Below the pieces are notes generated by a model, which ran no database searches, had not been told where the DNA came from, and saw only the letters and a program-made list of their open reading frames with translations. Below are positions 48,906-61,012 of a stretch of 64,000 nt of DNA, in pieces. The stretch is from Elsinoe ampelina. Its lineage: Eukaryota. Numbering within the stretch: position 1 is the first letter of the stretch; each line of letters starts with the position of its first letter. The position numbers and the translations under genes were made by a program. Location: assembly GCA_010093995.1 (NCBI GenBank), contig ML992501.1, forward strand, positions 2,545,320 to 2,609,319. The letters run 5' to 3'.

Positions 48906-51900
48906 ATGGGCGGGAAACGAACTCGAGAGGTGGGCGAAGAGAAGCCTCGCAAGGCACCGAAGAGACATGAAAAGATAGAGGAGATCCTGCCTGTCCCCAT
49001 TGAGTCTGCTCGTCAACTGCGAACCTTGCTTCACTTTCGACAGGACGATGATTATGCTCTCAGAACTGGTAGCCATGATCCCAGAGATCCGTGTTGGAAG
49101 CTATGTGCTAACACCCGCTAGGTCAAGCATCTTTGAAGGCATTTCTAGAATCAATCGCGAATGTCAAGGCCGATGCTGATCCCGATCGTGCTAATAAATT
49201 GGCCATCTTGAAGGACTTCACCGGGCACGAGCAATTCGACCTTCATCAGACATGGTCATTCGCTGCACAGACCGACAATGAGAGACTTGTCATTGCTGTG
49301 ACATCCAACCTGGCACTCTTGCTAAGGACACTGTCTGGCCTCTTAGACTTTCGGGATCAAGGACTAGCTCTGGCCAAATCACTCTTGCAGCGAGAACAAT
49401 TGAAGCTCTTCTCCAGAGGTCTAAGTTCTGAAAGTCACAAAGAGGCACTGATCTCACCATGCCTTCGAATGTTAATCGAGATTGTTTCTTTCGATGGCGG
49501 AGTGCTGGCTGGCCAGGTGTTCCGATTCCAGGACTTTACCTTCAACTCCAAATTCCTGGACAGAAATCTTCGGCTCTACAGGTCTGGTGGAGACGAAGAC
49601 CGACGAAAGCCCTCGGTAAGATCGAACACTGTGCGGTACATCTTGAGCCATCTCAAGTGTCTCAGCGTTGATGATCGTATATCAATGCTCAGCATCCGCA
49701 CAGTCTTTCGAAATCTGTTTGAGAACATCAGACACGATCCACCAGAGCTAGTGCAAGAAATAGTAAAGGTCATCGAAGTGTCTGTGCTGATACAGCAAGA
49801 CGTACCGCGAAAATTGAAAAGCTCCATGCTTTCCGAGAGGGCCTTGATATCCCTCGTTGATGCAAGCCGTTCACTCCCTGAAGGCTCGTCTGTTGATGCA
49901 GCTATCAGAAGTTTCCTGTTGAAAGTTTGCACTGACTCTGATCTTGGTGTCCACCTTCCCTCGAGCTGGTATCCGCCAAGTAAGGACAACAACGCCGGCG
50001 ACATCGACCGGCCACACTCTGGATCTGATTCTGCAGATATACGAAATATCATACTCTCCAAGTTTCTGCCGTATCTACGAGCTCATTCAGATCTACAAGA
50101 GCGAGCTCTACTGCTGTCTACATTCGAAGCTACACCGGAACTTGTCGCGGACTATTTGAGGCAGACTGCAGTCAAGCTATCCTTACAGCCAAAGCTGACA
50201 AATACTTGGCTCGGATATGCATCTCTCATGTATGCTATCGTTCAACTTCCGGTCCCCGACTTCTTTGGTCTCTCCAGCTATCGTGGGTTCCCACCTGAGA
50301 TGGACGTCATACTCGAGAACATCGTACCAGCACCACTGACTGTAGATGTGTTGACGAGATGTTTAAATCAAAATTCGACACTCATCACTTTCTTTTCACT
50401 GCGTCTTCTGGTCGTAGCGTTACAAAAAGCCTCTGAGATACACGGGAAGCTCAAGGCTGCTGCATCGGAATTCAGCTCATACGAGAATACTCTTGCCTCG
50501 TTCGAATACGCAGTAGCGAAGCGTCTCCCTGTATTCAAGGATGTCGCAGCCACGTATCGGGAGGTGGTCAAATACGATGATCAGAGAATGTCCCAAGAGG
50601 CCGCGGCTCATGCTCTCAGCTTGTACCAGCATGTCATGCCAGAGGCAGTCGTAGAAGAAGTCGATGTCGCAGGTCCTCTCGCAGCAGTTTTGGAAGCTCT
50701 GCAGAAATCAGATCTGTCTGTCGACGATCGAGCCTTGGTAGAGCTTCAGCTCGCTCATCTGCTGAAACTGGCAAAGTCCTCGTCCAACATGCTATGGTGG
50801 CAGCGTCAGGGAAAGATGGTCTTCTCCCCTTTCGTCACCATCGTGAAGATTCTAGTTGAGTCTCCAACATCAGCCAATTCCGGGACGGTTGTGGATCTCA
50901 TGTCGACGATATCAGCAGAAGATGGAGTTCTCCAGTCATCGACTGAACTTTCGGCCATGGATGCATTACTGGCAAGCTTGGAGCCCAACAAGCACTGGAA
51001 ACCAAACCTTGAAGTCTGGCGCTTCCTGGATGACTGCGTTGGCAGATTATACAAGAAGCCTATCAAATATCTGGATGACTTAGACAACGTTACCTCTACC
51101 GATGGTACAACAGGAAGAGACTCGACGTCCAGCCTACTCGCCCTCGTGCTCATTGAGCAAGTCCCGTTTGCTTCAAGGCTTACCGAGTCTGATAGGGACA
51201 TTGTTCTCAACTGGTCTGCCAGATTTGCAAAGGCGCTCGAAAAGATCGGCGAGGACGAGCGAGTAGTATCTGCTCTGTCCAAACAGATCAAAGCCCAGAA
51301 ATTCAACAGCAGCAAAGCTAAGCTCCGGGATCTACAATCTCGGCCAGATTCGGCGAGCAACATCAATGGAACGGCTACAGGTACTCTCAATGGAGACAAG
51401 GTGCAAGCCATGAACGCACAATCAGACAAGGGATTGCACGTTGTGTTCGATCCGCCTCCTCAAGAAAGTGACAAGCACCCGTCGTTAACTCGATACAAGC
51501 GACACGACGTAGAGGAAGTCGTTCAGGGTGAAGTACTTGACAGCCTGATCCTGTGTCTATGTTCGGAGTACCCAGAGATCCGTAGGCAAGGCATTATTGC
51601 TGTTCAGGACATAATGGAACATTTGCAGGCATCCAACCTGGAATTCAAGGACCAGCTTTGGCTGTTGCTCGGCGACTTGATTGAAACGGCTGCTTTTGGT
51701 TCTGAGGAGCGACCGCTCTCCTACCTTGCTGGAAGTTTTGCGACAGCCAGCAGGAAGATCATCTTAGATCCCGCCAGCTTCATGTTCCCTCTGGTCAACA
51801 GGTACCTGCTGAAAGATCCATACTGGGAAGTCCGAAAGCTTCCAGACTACTTTCTGCGCAAGACACTTCTTGAACCACCTGGAGAGGACGATAAGTTCTG

Positions 51901-52279
51901 GCTACAAATCGAATGGATACTCACCTTTATGGTTGATGGAGTAAGGAAGACGGAGGACGCTCTCATCTTTCGCCATCGGAACGTCCTTGAGCGCATCTTG
52001 GCACTTGTGCATTCACCAAATGTCACTGTCAAGGCTGTGACGCTCATACTACAGCTCGTGCACCGCCTCTGTATCGTTGGAGGCAGCACAACACTGATCA
52101 CGAATGCCGGAATTGACGCTTGGATATCTAGTCTCGCGAGGATGCCAAGAGCTGTGAGCTCAGAGACTCGTAAGGAACTCGAGGCAGTGGTCGAGCAGAA
52201 TGCGGATGTGAATCGGGTAGCGCAATGGCGTGGTACTGTGGGAACGTCAAAGGCAGCAGAGAGTAAAAGGACCGACTAG
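48906..52279 (+). CDS. URB1: Nucleolar pre-ribosomal-associated protein Urb1/Npa1 (intron ~49069-49121)
   Basis: PCLRMLIEIVSFDGG, RKPSVRSNTVRY, PELVADY, PKLTNTWLGY, LTRCLNQNSTLITFF, FLDDCVGRLYKKPIKYLDD. Confidence 0.85.
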
Positions 52280-53046
52280 GAGATCACCATCAATGCCGAT
52301 ACATCATGAGAATATTCCATAGCTTCTTCAACGACAGTGGTGGCTCCGCGAGTCATTCAAAGCTCTTTGGTGACGGTTCGAAGTGGGACGGTATTCTTGG
52401 TAGTGGCGGGTCTCTCAGTGTGAAGAACCCACGTAGGAGGTGATTCAATGACCAGATCATGTGAATATATAGAATACATTGGAATCGAGATGTCTTGCCA
52501 GAGTCTTTTTTGTTGTCACGTAGAAAAAGAGACATTGCCACATGTTCGCAAAAGGCCGACGTGAGCGTGGTCGAAGCTCCCGCACCTTGAACCTCACCTC
52601 TGAAACACCTCATCCTGTGTCCTTCTCCCACGTCACACCTTCATTGTTCTTACACTCTTCTGCTACAGCATCGCAGACTCCCCGCTCACACATAATTGCT
52701 TAAGCCCCGTCGAGAACGAGCCGTAGAAGATTCCCTACCCCGCTCCTTCGTCATGGCACAATGACTTTCTCAAGGCACGAGGCCGGGCAACAACGTCCGC
52801 CATTGCTCTTCGTCACAAACTTGAGGTTCACTTGATGCGATCCGCTTGCCATTCTGTTGGAAATACCCTCGTCAAAGAGCAGCGACGCTCGACACTGCCC
52901 ACAGTCCTTCAGCCTTTTGCGATTAGCTCAAGCCTCCAGAGCTTCAGCCCTCCCCACTCGATCATTCAAGACCACATTTAGCTTTCTCAAAGACACAGCG
53001 CACTATTTCGACGAAGCCCACGCTATATTGAGTGGCCAGCGCCGCC

Positions 53047-55508
53047 ATGGTGCGCACTCGAATCGTATACACAAAGGAGCAACTCATCCACTTGCGCGAC
53101 TCTCCTCTCATCACAAAGCCTGAATCGCTTCCCTCGATAGACCAATGGTTAGAGTATGCTGGCACATCCCCTCGTCATGATCATCCGCTCACAAGGCTCA
53201 GCACACCACAAGAGAATAATCAGCGCAAACCGCGGACACAAAATGGCCGTCCAGACGAGTCTGGTCCCATGGGCAATTTTGGTTCGCAGCGACCGACTCT
53301 ATTAAACACCAGACAGAACCGCACATCTAATGGAGGTTGGCATAATCATTTCACACTACTTGCTCTCGGCTGACAACTCCAAAAGAAGACATAGTACTCG
53401 GTCCGCCAAAAACAGCCTTCGCTTCAGCCCGAAATATTCGTAAGTCGGGCGAAGATGTAGGATCAGCTGCACAGACGCCTGGAGATGAAGACTTCAGCTT
53501 GGAGGCTATGTCGGCAAGGACGCGGCAGCCCCTCGACGATGACGGAGGGCGCAAGAGAGGATTTGGCGCAGATAAGGATAAGGAAGGTTGGACTACAGCG
53601 AGGGGCGGGCGAAATTTTGAGAACAGAGGTCCGACGAGTGACAAGGAACGCATCTTTGGTCGCAATACACGAGACAGGAATGACAAGGCCACACCGGGCG
53701 AAGAGGACTCCGGCAAACGCAATGGCTTTGGACAACGGACTGAGCAGCGTTGGACACGTGATGGGGACGACAAGAAGCCACAACGAATGTCTGGCAGAGA
53801 AGGAGGTTGGCGCGATCGCGAGAAGCGAAATGACCGAGAATCCTTCAGAGATCAACCGCAGGAGAAAAAGCCGGAATGGATGGAGGAAACATTCGTGGAC
53901 AACGAGCCACAAGCTCGTAGTGCGGCCGACTTTGAGAAGTGGAAAGCCAAGATGAAGGGCCAGAAGTATGAGGCACCAGAAGAAAAGGTCAAGATACCAT
54001 TGCCCGAGAAATCGCCAGGTATCGCCAAAGCCACCGCCCCTCTCTTGTCCGATGCCATGTTTGGTACGTGGGGGGACTCGAAGAAGGCGGATGTGGTAGC
54101 CCAGCAAGAACCTGCTCAGGCGAAAGCGGCAGGGAACAAGAAGTCTTCTCGATTCGCATCCATGTTTGCGCCAAAGGAGGAGGCCCGTCAGCCCGAGCCA
54201 GACCTACCTGCCCTTCTGGCGCAGCATTCTCAATCCATGCTCCCTACCGAGGATCAACAGGGCTTCCAGAATATTCTCATGAAGCTGAGAGGTACCAATA
54301 TGGGGTCATCGCAGGAGTCGATCACTCCGCGACCAACGTCGGGCCCACCTCCAGGGTTTAGCCCAGGTCCTCAAGAGGCTCGTCCGAATCAAGGGCCTTC
54401 GCCGATTCCTTTACTGCAAGCTATGCTGGCAGCGAAGTCTGAAGGAAGACCAAACAGTCGTGCAGGATCGAATCTAGATGCAACACCTTCGCCCAGCCTA
54501 GGTCCACCCAGTTCAGGCGAGCAGCAGCAGCATCACCAGCAGCCGCCACCTCAGCACCGTCGACAGGAGTCAGGCAGCCAACCACCACGTAACCTCACAC
54601 CTGAAGCTCAAAGCATCCAGAACTTACTGGCTGCTCAGCGCCCACGCCAACAAGGTGGCTTGAGCAAGGATTCCGAGTTCCTGCTCAATCTCATCAATGC
54701 AAAAAGTGCAAGCCGCCCATCACAGCAACAACCGCAAGAACACGATCCAAATTTTCAGCTGTTCCTAGATCAGCCACCTCGAACTCATACGCAAGGCGCA
54801 CCACGTCAACAGCCACCTGGTCTCGGGCATGGTCCGCAGGAGCCGATGTTCTCCCCTCACCACAACACTGATCAGCCGGATCGCCGTCAAGCAAGCACTC
54901 AGCCTCCACCGGGGTTCTTTGACGGACCACACATGCCTCAGGGCCAACTTCCACAACAGCGCCGTCCCCAGAACGGCCCGCCAGGCTTCGGCCCACCTCC
55001 AGGTGACTTCTTCAACCCCGAAGACCCCCGCCACCACCAAGACCGCGGCCCAGGGCCCAACGCACCACCCGGCTTCCCACCACACCTCCGCGGACCGCCA
55101 GGCATGCCCAACCTCTTCCACGGCGGTCCACCAGGCGGTCCCAACGGCCCACCACCACCTCACTTCCTCCAACAACGCGGTCCACCAGGCCTCTCCCAAC
55201 CGCCAGGCCACGGCCACCCACAACCACCGCCCGAGCACTTCTCGACCAACGGCCCAGGCGGCCCAGGGGGTCCCGGCATCGCGCCCCCACCTGGCTTCGC
55301 TGCGGGACCAAATTATGTCCCTGGTGCGCCGCCTGGGTTTGGGCCGCCGCCGGGGCAAAGGGGCGTGCCTGGGTCGAATATGGCAGGGTTAGGGGGGATG
55401 GGGTTTGGGCCTGGACCGGGCCCACAGGGGATGAAGAGTCCGGTTGAGCAAGGGCAGGGGTTGAGGAGTCCGATTGAGGGGTTTGGGGGGTTTGGGAGGG
55501 GGAGGTAG
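53047..55508 (+). CDS. Low-complexity protein with N-terminal eIF4E-binding motif and repeated PPGF motifs (4E-T/Eap1-like), multi-exon
   Basis: IVYTKEQLIHLRDSPL (YxxxxL-phi), DIVLGPPKTAFASA, KPEWM, DFEKWKAKMK, SSRFASMF; Pro/Gly-rich tail. Confidence 0.7.
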
Positions 55509-56167
55509 TGGATGTACTTGACGTGGGATGAGAAATTGGAAGGTCCTGGTAAGGGCAGGAGGAGGGAGGGATCAGGTGCTCGCATGAAGGGGCAGGTGTA
55601 TGATGTGGGATGAGCGTGCGATGAGATGGCTCCGAGAGGGAGGAGAATGGGTCCATGATACTATACGTATGTCAATGGATCTGAACGTCGATGAGAATGA
55701 TCTATATTCGTGTGCTCGTTCATATACAACGCCATGCGCTTGCTTTGATGGTGAGATGTCAGCTTTGGTTGACTTCGCTCTCATCTGTGGAAAGTTTAAC
55801 GAGAGTTCAACCAGACTTTCGTTGAAAGACCGTGCATCGCACCTTCCTCGGTCAAAACAGAAATCAAAGCTTCAAAGTCTTTCGTTCTTCATTGCACTTA
55901 TGAAAATGTCGAACAGAACTTAGTATCAATTCAACACGATGGAATCGATGAAAGGTAGGTCACTGTGCGACCAAGACTATAGCAGGTCAAGGGCGGTGGC
56001 GTTGGCTGCTCAGCCGCAGGCGCTTAAATTCAGGCAAAGCGAAGCTGCTGTACCCTTGTTCATCAACAATCTTCAATAGCAACGACCCCTCCTTACAGCT
56101 CGACCATCTGGAAGATGTGATATCGAATCTGAATGGAGATTGCCACTCAGGCACGTCGACACCTACT

Positions 56168-58339
56168 ATGGACATGGAAGATCCAATATGCCCGTCCATC
56201 GAGAGCTACCAGGTCGGCTGGATCTGCGCCATCGACATCGAACACAGGGTAGCAATGGCACTCCTTCGACCGAGGGTTGGCAGTCCAGTCACTCCCAAGG
56301 AGGACACAAACAATTACACATGCGGCAAAATAGCCGGTCACAATGTCGTAATAGCTTGCATCGCCAAAGGCCGATATGGGATTGCGAACGCAGCATCAAC
56401 TGCACAGAACATGCAAAGATCCTTTCCCAGTCTTCGATTCCGCCTGATGGTCGGTATAGGGGGCGGCGCTCCGACTCCCACTCAGGACATTCGACTTGGT
56501 GATGTGGTAGTTAGCTCGCCTGCAGGGAGGAGGCCTGCTGTCATACACTACGAGTTCGGCAAGACGATACAAAACGAGGAATTTCAGCCGTTAGGTATTC
56601 TTGCGTCGCCACCTGTCATGCTACTTAATGTTTTAAATACCGTGGATAATTTGCACAAACTCAAAGGTTCCAGGCTCCGCCGCACCATCAAGACGATGAT
56701 CGATTCGTATCCGAGGATCGAGCAGGACATCGCAAGACCAGATCCGACCTCCGACATCTTGTTCGCCTCTGGATCCGTGCACAAGGATGCCTCTTCTTCC
56801 TGCGGCAAGCTTGGCTGTGCTTCTCATCATCCCGCGGTGGCGCGACCTCGCCGGACACTGGATGAGACAGAGCCGTATATCCACTATGGCTTGATTGCAT
56901 CGGCGGATAGGCTCATGAAAAACGCCGTGCAGCGTGATCGATTGGCCGAGCGACATGGCGCACTGTGCTTCGAGATGGAGGCAGCGGGACTGATGGACAA
57001 TTTCCCATGCCTGGTAGTCAGAGGCATTTCCGACTATTCCGATACTCACAAGAACGATGAATGGCAAGGTTATGCCGCCGCTGTAGCAGCAGCATATGCC
57101 AAAGAGATACTCAAGACAATCCCAAGTGCGCACCATCTGTCTTATCTAGGAGGCAGTAAGGTGAGCCTAGCATCTAGTCAGTGTCTCTAAAGCATATTCT
57201 CCTTGCGTTGTCACTGACATGGACAGGTCTGACTGATTACTATGCTGAGGAGGAAGCCTACTCCGAAGTATTTTCAGCTCACGCTGAACCAATCAGTCCT
57301 CAATACACAACAGAGGCCAGAGGCAAACGGTACCCGGACATTGGAGCGCCATTCATTGCTGCTGCAGCTCAAGACGAGCCTCTGGCACAGCCGAGCATCG
57401 AATGGCCCAAGCATCGACCTATACGTGTTCTAAGCCTCGACCACTATTTCGCATTCGATACCGCACTCAGCCAGCTCAGATTTGCGATGACAAAGGTTGG
57501 CTCTCCCAAACCGTGCGACTTCTTTGACATCATTGGTGGTGTGGGTTTTGGCGGGTGAGTAACATGGTTTCCCTCTTGCACTCGCCAGACTGACACTGCT
57601 AGAGGCTGCTCGCGGTGATGCTTGGTCGCTTGCAGATGAGCATTGATGAATGCAAGAATGAGTTGTCCTCACTTGTCCCGATGGAGCTCTTCTCGTCCAA
57701 GTATCCTGGCAGGAGGGATACGATCCAAGGCATCATCTCACGCGCTGGGGTCAGTCCGGGGTCTGCGTTTGCAAGAGTTGGGTCCGAATTTGCATGCCGC
57801 ACGTCAGTAGCTCATTTACTCTTGTTTGAATGTGAGCTGATATGTGCAGTATTGTTTATGCTCAAATGCACAGTCAGCCAACCACGGTCTCCATTGCCGA
57901 CTGGCAGCGTGAAGAGAGCCGTTGCTTGATGCCCAGCAGCAAATCACGAATGTGGAGGCAATTGTGTGGCAGCCGCTTAAGCGTCTCTGAGGCAGCTCTG
58001 GCTACTTGTCTGGTGGATTTTTACCGTGGACCCGACTTGAAGATCGCCGGGATCAACGAGAAATTTATCCCTACCATTTCACTCAGTGAGTGGTTGGAGA
58101 ATACATCCGAACATATCTGTGCAGAGGTGTTGAAGTCTATGTCAGGGTCTGAACTGCAAGACTGCCTGTCTCCGGTGGTGTTAAGCATGGGTAGCTATGA
58201 TCATGGTGGCGGTCTGGAAATACCTCACTCCGGTGTAAGATGTCATCGACTCCCACCTAACCTTGATGGTCGACAGAGAGCAAGTAGGGTGATCAAGTGG
58301 GTCCAAGATATCAAAGAACTACCAGATACAAATACCTGA
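56168..58339 (+). CDS. PNP_UDP_1 domain joined to a degenerate patatin-like domain (multi-exon; 3' splicing uncertain)
   Basis: YQVGWICAIDIE, LMVGIGGGAP..DIRLGDVVVS, LCFEMEAAGLM, RGISDYSDTHKNDEWQGYAA; intron 57156-57226 joins in frame to IRVLSLD..KPCDFFDIIGGVGFGG / LLAVMLGRLQMSIDEC. Confidence 0.75.
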
Positions 58340-58807
58340 TTCAAGGCATAAACAACAACCCTTACTCAAGGAGAGTATTGCTACAACACCCAGTCGTCTA
58401 GCCGGGGTCTAGACCGAGTCATCGACTTGACGTTAGCAGTCTTGTGCAAGCTTGGTGCACTGCGGCCCTCACTGCAAGGTAAAAGCAGTCAAGCCTGCCA
58501 AAAAGAAGGCGGCTCAGCCGGTGTTCGCAACAGCGAACAAGTCTGTATAGCCTGCAGCCTGTACAGCATGAATACAAGTCGAGCAAGACGCAGAGGCGAC
58601 TGCCCACAGGCCCGTCACGATTGGCTGTTACGAGGAAGAGCATCTGAGGCATCGACTTTGAAATATATAGATTCGCAAATGCAGCACAACTAAAATCAAC
58701 CGGGTATAATCGCACCGTATCCCTCCATACCCTGTTTGCATCTACTCTATGCTTCCACTTGCCCCTCTCACTTCTTTCGCATCTTGATTCACCCAACGCA
58801 ATACCAT

Positions 58808-61012
58808 CTACTCCATCTCCCCCCTAACCTCATCCTCCGTCCTCCCCAACACCCTGAGTCGGTACACACAAGTCTTCTCCCCACCCCAATTCCCCAACAC
58901 CCTCACCACAACCTTCTGCACCATCTGGCCCCTCCCCTCCAACCCAAACGTCTGCATCCAGTTCTGCGCATGCAAATCATACCCCGCCTTACCCAGACAG
59001 ATCCATCCTTTACCCTGTTCCGGTTCGGGGCCAGTGCACTCCCCTTGCCTCTCCTCCTTGCTGGCAATGGGTGGGGAGGAGAAGCCCTCGATGCTGAGAT
59101 TCGCGGGGAGACCCCACACCTCGAGGTCGCGGGGGGCGGAGGCGATGTCTAGTGTCGAAATGGCCGGGACGTGTTCGACTACCAACGCGGTCGGGTCGAC
59201 GGGCGTGACGAGCAGGGCCGCGATTTGGGCCGCGCCGGGGTGCGTGATGGAGCGGGCGGCGCACCAGCAGTCGCCTGCTTCGGACCAAGGGGCGAGAGCC
59301 ATGGCTGGTGGGTGGGGGACGCGGACAGTGGACCAGGGGGTGTACGTCCATGCTTTGGCGAGGATGTTGGGTTGGGGGATCGCGAAGGTAGGGGAGGTGA
59401 GGTGGGGGTCGATGACGGCGCCGAGGCCGGCGGAGAGGAAGTTACGTTCGCGTGAGAGGAGGTGGTTGCGGGCGAGGGTGAGGAGGGTGATGTCTTCGAG
59501 GTAGGCGGGGGTGGATTTGGACGGGGTCTGGCGAGAGGGGAGCGAGGCGGCGATGGAGGAGGCGATGGTTTTGGCGGTGCGGGTGGCGTCGGCGCGGATG
59601 GTGGAGAGTTCGCGGCGGAGTTGGGCGGTGTTTTCGTCGAGGGCGGCGAGGAACATTTCTTTGGAGACGATGGTGCCGGAGGTGGAGAGTTTGGAGAGGT
59701 GGGATTTGGTGGCTTCGTCGGCCTTGGCGGAGAGCATGATGTTGATCTTCTTTTGGTTGGTGCGGACGAAGGAGTCCCACGCTGTAGCTGCGCCAGGGGT
59801 GGAGCCTGGGGTGAGTGAGTAGTCGGAGTTGAGCTTGGATTCGATGGCGGTCCAGAAGGTGGGTGGGATATCCCAAGTACCGGTCTGTGAATTCTTGGAG
59901 ACCATGAACTGCTCGGGCAGGATGTCTTTGATCTCGGACCATTGGACCTTGAGGTTCTTGACATCAGAGTCCAGTCTGTCTACGCGTGCGTGAAGATTGG
60001 CATCAAAAGCCGGGCTGTACATGGTGGCATTCCTTGCCTTTGCGGCCTGCTCGCCGATAGAGTCCGCGAGATTCTGAACTGTGCGGATGATGTTGATGTT
60101 GGCGGGAAGGAGATTGTGAAGGAACAAGAGGAAGGAGAAGAGGAATGGCGAGATCAGGGCGAACATGATGGCGCCGCGGATTTCAGGACCAGCTTCGTCC
60201 CATAGACGGGGAATGGTCTCCTTGATGACCCGTGTGAACCAAGGGCGAGCGGCCTCGACTTCTTCCTGAGTGGCGGGAGGATCGATTCTCAGTCGGCTGG
60301 CGATCTCTAGGTTGCGACGTTGATTCGGAGAAAGAACAGGGATGGTGGGAGTTCTGGGAATGTGATGTGACTCTCCTGGAGGCACGTAGGAGAAAGTGGA
60401 TCCTATGCCAGTGAGAGACTCGTCGGGGTTTGGGACAGAGACGGAAGTGCGACGAACGTCGGTAGGTCGCTCTGTCGTCGTCGGGTTTTCAACACGGGGT
60501 TTGAATATCGGCTGTGTCCTTCGCGAAGGTGGCTGTTCGCCATCGGATTCCTCGTTGATTGGGTCCTCGACAGCGACAGGCTTGCGACCGGTCGGGCGGC
60601 GTGGGCGGCCAGAAGTGGTGGAGCCAGCTCTGGAACCTGGTCTTGACGATCCTTGGCTACGAGTCTCGCTTGGTGCTGGGCTGGTGCGGGCCTCTTCATT
60701 GTTGTTTTCGTTCTCCTCGGGCTCTGTTCGAATGCCTCGTCGTCGATTGGCTGCTGCTGTCGCTGCTGCAATATCCTGCAGGACAGTACCGCGCGCACCA
60801 GTGGTCTTGACCTGGCTGGTGATCTCAACTCGCCCGACAGCTCCGTATGACGTGTTGATACCAGTCGGGACCGCCGGTAGCGTGCCATCCCCTACTGGAC
60901 GACCACGGCGTCCCCCAGTACGAGGAGTGGCCACTACCGGGGCCGCGACTGGAGCCGGCGTGGCGGATGTGCGGCTACCCGCGCGAGTGCGACGGGCAGG
61001 CGTGTCGCTCAT
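58808..61012 (-). CDS. SUN-domain nuclear envelope / spindle pole body protein (Sad1/UNC-84-like)
   Basis: Disordered N-terminus, one TM segment, coiled coil, then NFLSAGLGAVIDPHLTSPT, PWSEAGDCWCA, VVEHVP..SAPRDLEVW, NWGGEKTCVYRLRVLG. Confidence 0.9.
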   Translation of the reverse strand: MSDTPARRTRAGSRTSATPAPVAAPVVATPRTGGRRGRPVGDGTLPAVPTGINTSYGAVGRVEITSQVKTTGARGTVLQDIAAATAAANRRRGIRTEPEENENNNEEARTSPAPSETRSQGSSRPGSRAGSTTSGRPRRPTGRKPVAVEDPINEESDGEQPPSRRTQPIFKPRVENPTTTERPTDVRRTSVSVPNPDESLTGIGSTFSYVPPGESHHIPRTPTIPVLSPNQRRNLEIASRLRIDPPATQEEVEAARPWFTRVIKETIPRLWDEAGPEIRGAIMFALISPFLFSFLLFLHNLLPANINIIRTVQNLADSIGEQAAKARNATMYSPAFDANLHARVDRLDSDVKNLKVQWSEIKDILPEQFMVSKNSQTGTWDIPPTFWTAIESKLNSDYSLTPGSTPGAATAWDSFVRTNQKKINIMLSAKADEATKSHLSKLSTSGTIVSKEMFLAALDENTAQLRRELSTIRADATRTAKTIASSIAASLPSRQTPSKSTPAYLEDITLLTLARNHLLSRERNFLSAGLGAVIDPHLTSPTFAIPQPNILAKAWTYTPWSTVRVPHPPAMALAPWSEAGDCWCAARSITHPGAAQIAALLVTPVDPTALVVEHVPAISTLDIASAPRDLEVWGLPANLSIEGFSSPPIASKEERQGECTGPEPEQGKGWICLGKAGYDLHAQNWMQTFGLEGRGQMVQKVVVRVLGNWGGEKTCVYRLRVLGRTEDEVRGEME

